Below, piece by piece: positions 63,771 to 64,000 of a DNA stretch of 64,000 bases. Both the position numbers and the translations under genes were made by a program. Positions within the stretch are counted from its first letter, which is position 1; every line of letters starts with the position of its first letter. This DNA comes from Lytechinus pictus. Lineage: Eukaryota. Under the pieces are notes generated by a model. The model made no database searches and was not told where the DNA came from. It saw nothing but the letters and a program-made list of their open reading frames with translations. Location of the stretch: assembly GCF_037042905.1 (NCBI RefSeq), contig NC_087260.1:23436001-23500000 (forward strand). The letters run 5' to 3'.

Positions 63771-64000
63771 GTAAGTTTCGTCTAAAAGTAGCGATTATTT
63801 TCTGTAGTGTTTTGAAAATTTTGAATTTGGACATGGTCTGCAATGAGGCTGAATCACCTGTTCTTAGTATTCTAGAAAGAAAATATACATTTTACAAAAT
63901 TTTGCATGCCGGCCCCCTCCATTATGGCAATAATTTATGAGTAGGTATGTATGAACATTAGGATAAAATTTTTACTTCAAGTGCCTAACAAGTTTTATTC

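Overview
This is AT-rich, intron-rich animal genomic DNA with two assembly gaps. It is probably an invertebrate deuterostome such as a sea urchin, inferred from repeat and gene style and not proven. Host genes, assembled by hand from splice sites: (1) the 5' part of a secreted C-type-lectin-domain gene on the minus strand (signal-peptide exon 3597-3660 and CTLD exon 1693-1885); (2) a complete cyclin B3 gene (10 coding exons, 11135-17371, about 437 aa) with a CCAAT plus CDE/CHR-like promoter near 6400-6480; (3) the 5' part of an LHFPL6/LHFP tetraspan gene (main exon 63256-63770, probable upstream exons near 24299 and 50013-50077). The main accessory feature is an apparently intact, autonomous 9.8-kb PIF/Harbinger DNA transposon (36826-46661) inside the presumed LHFPL6 intron. 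It has 20-bp TIRs, a spliced DDE transposase (about 403 aa) and a convergent spliced Myb/SANT-like (trihelix) partner gene (about 317 aa). The rest holds at least 20 non-autonomous DNA transposons with readable TIRs/TSDs (Harbinger-like, hAT-like, Kolobok-like TTAA, Tc1/mariner TA, and a foldback with a 9-bp TSD), SINEs and simple repeats. A recurring oddity is that several Harbinger-type 3-bp target duplications differ at the middle base.
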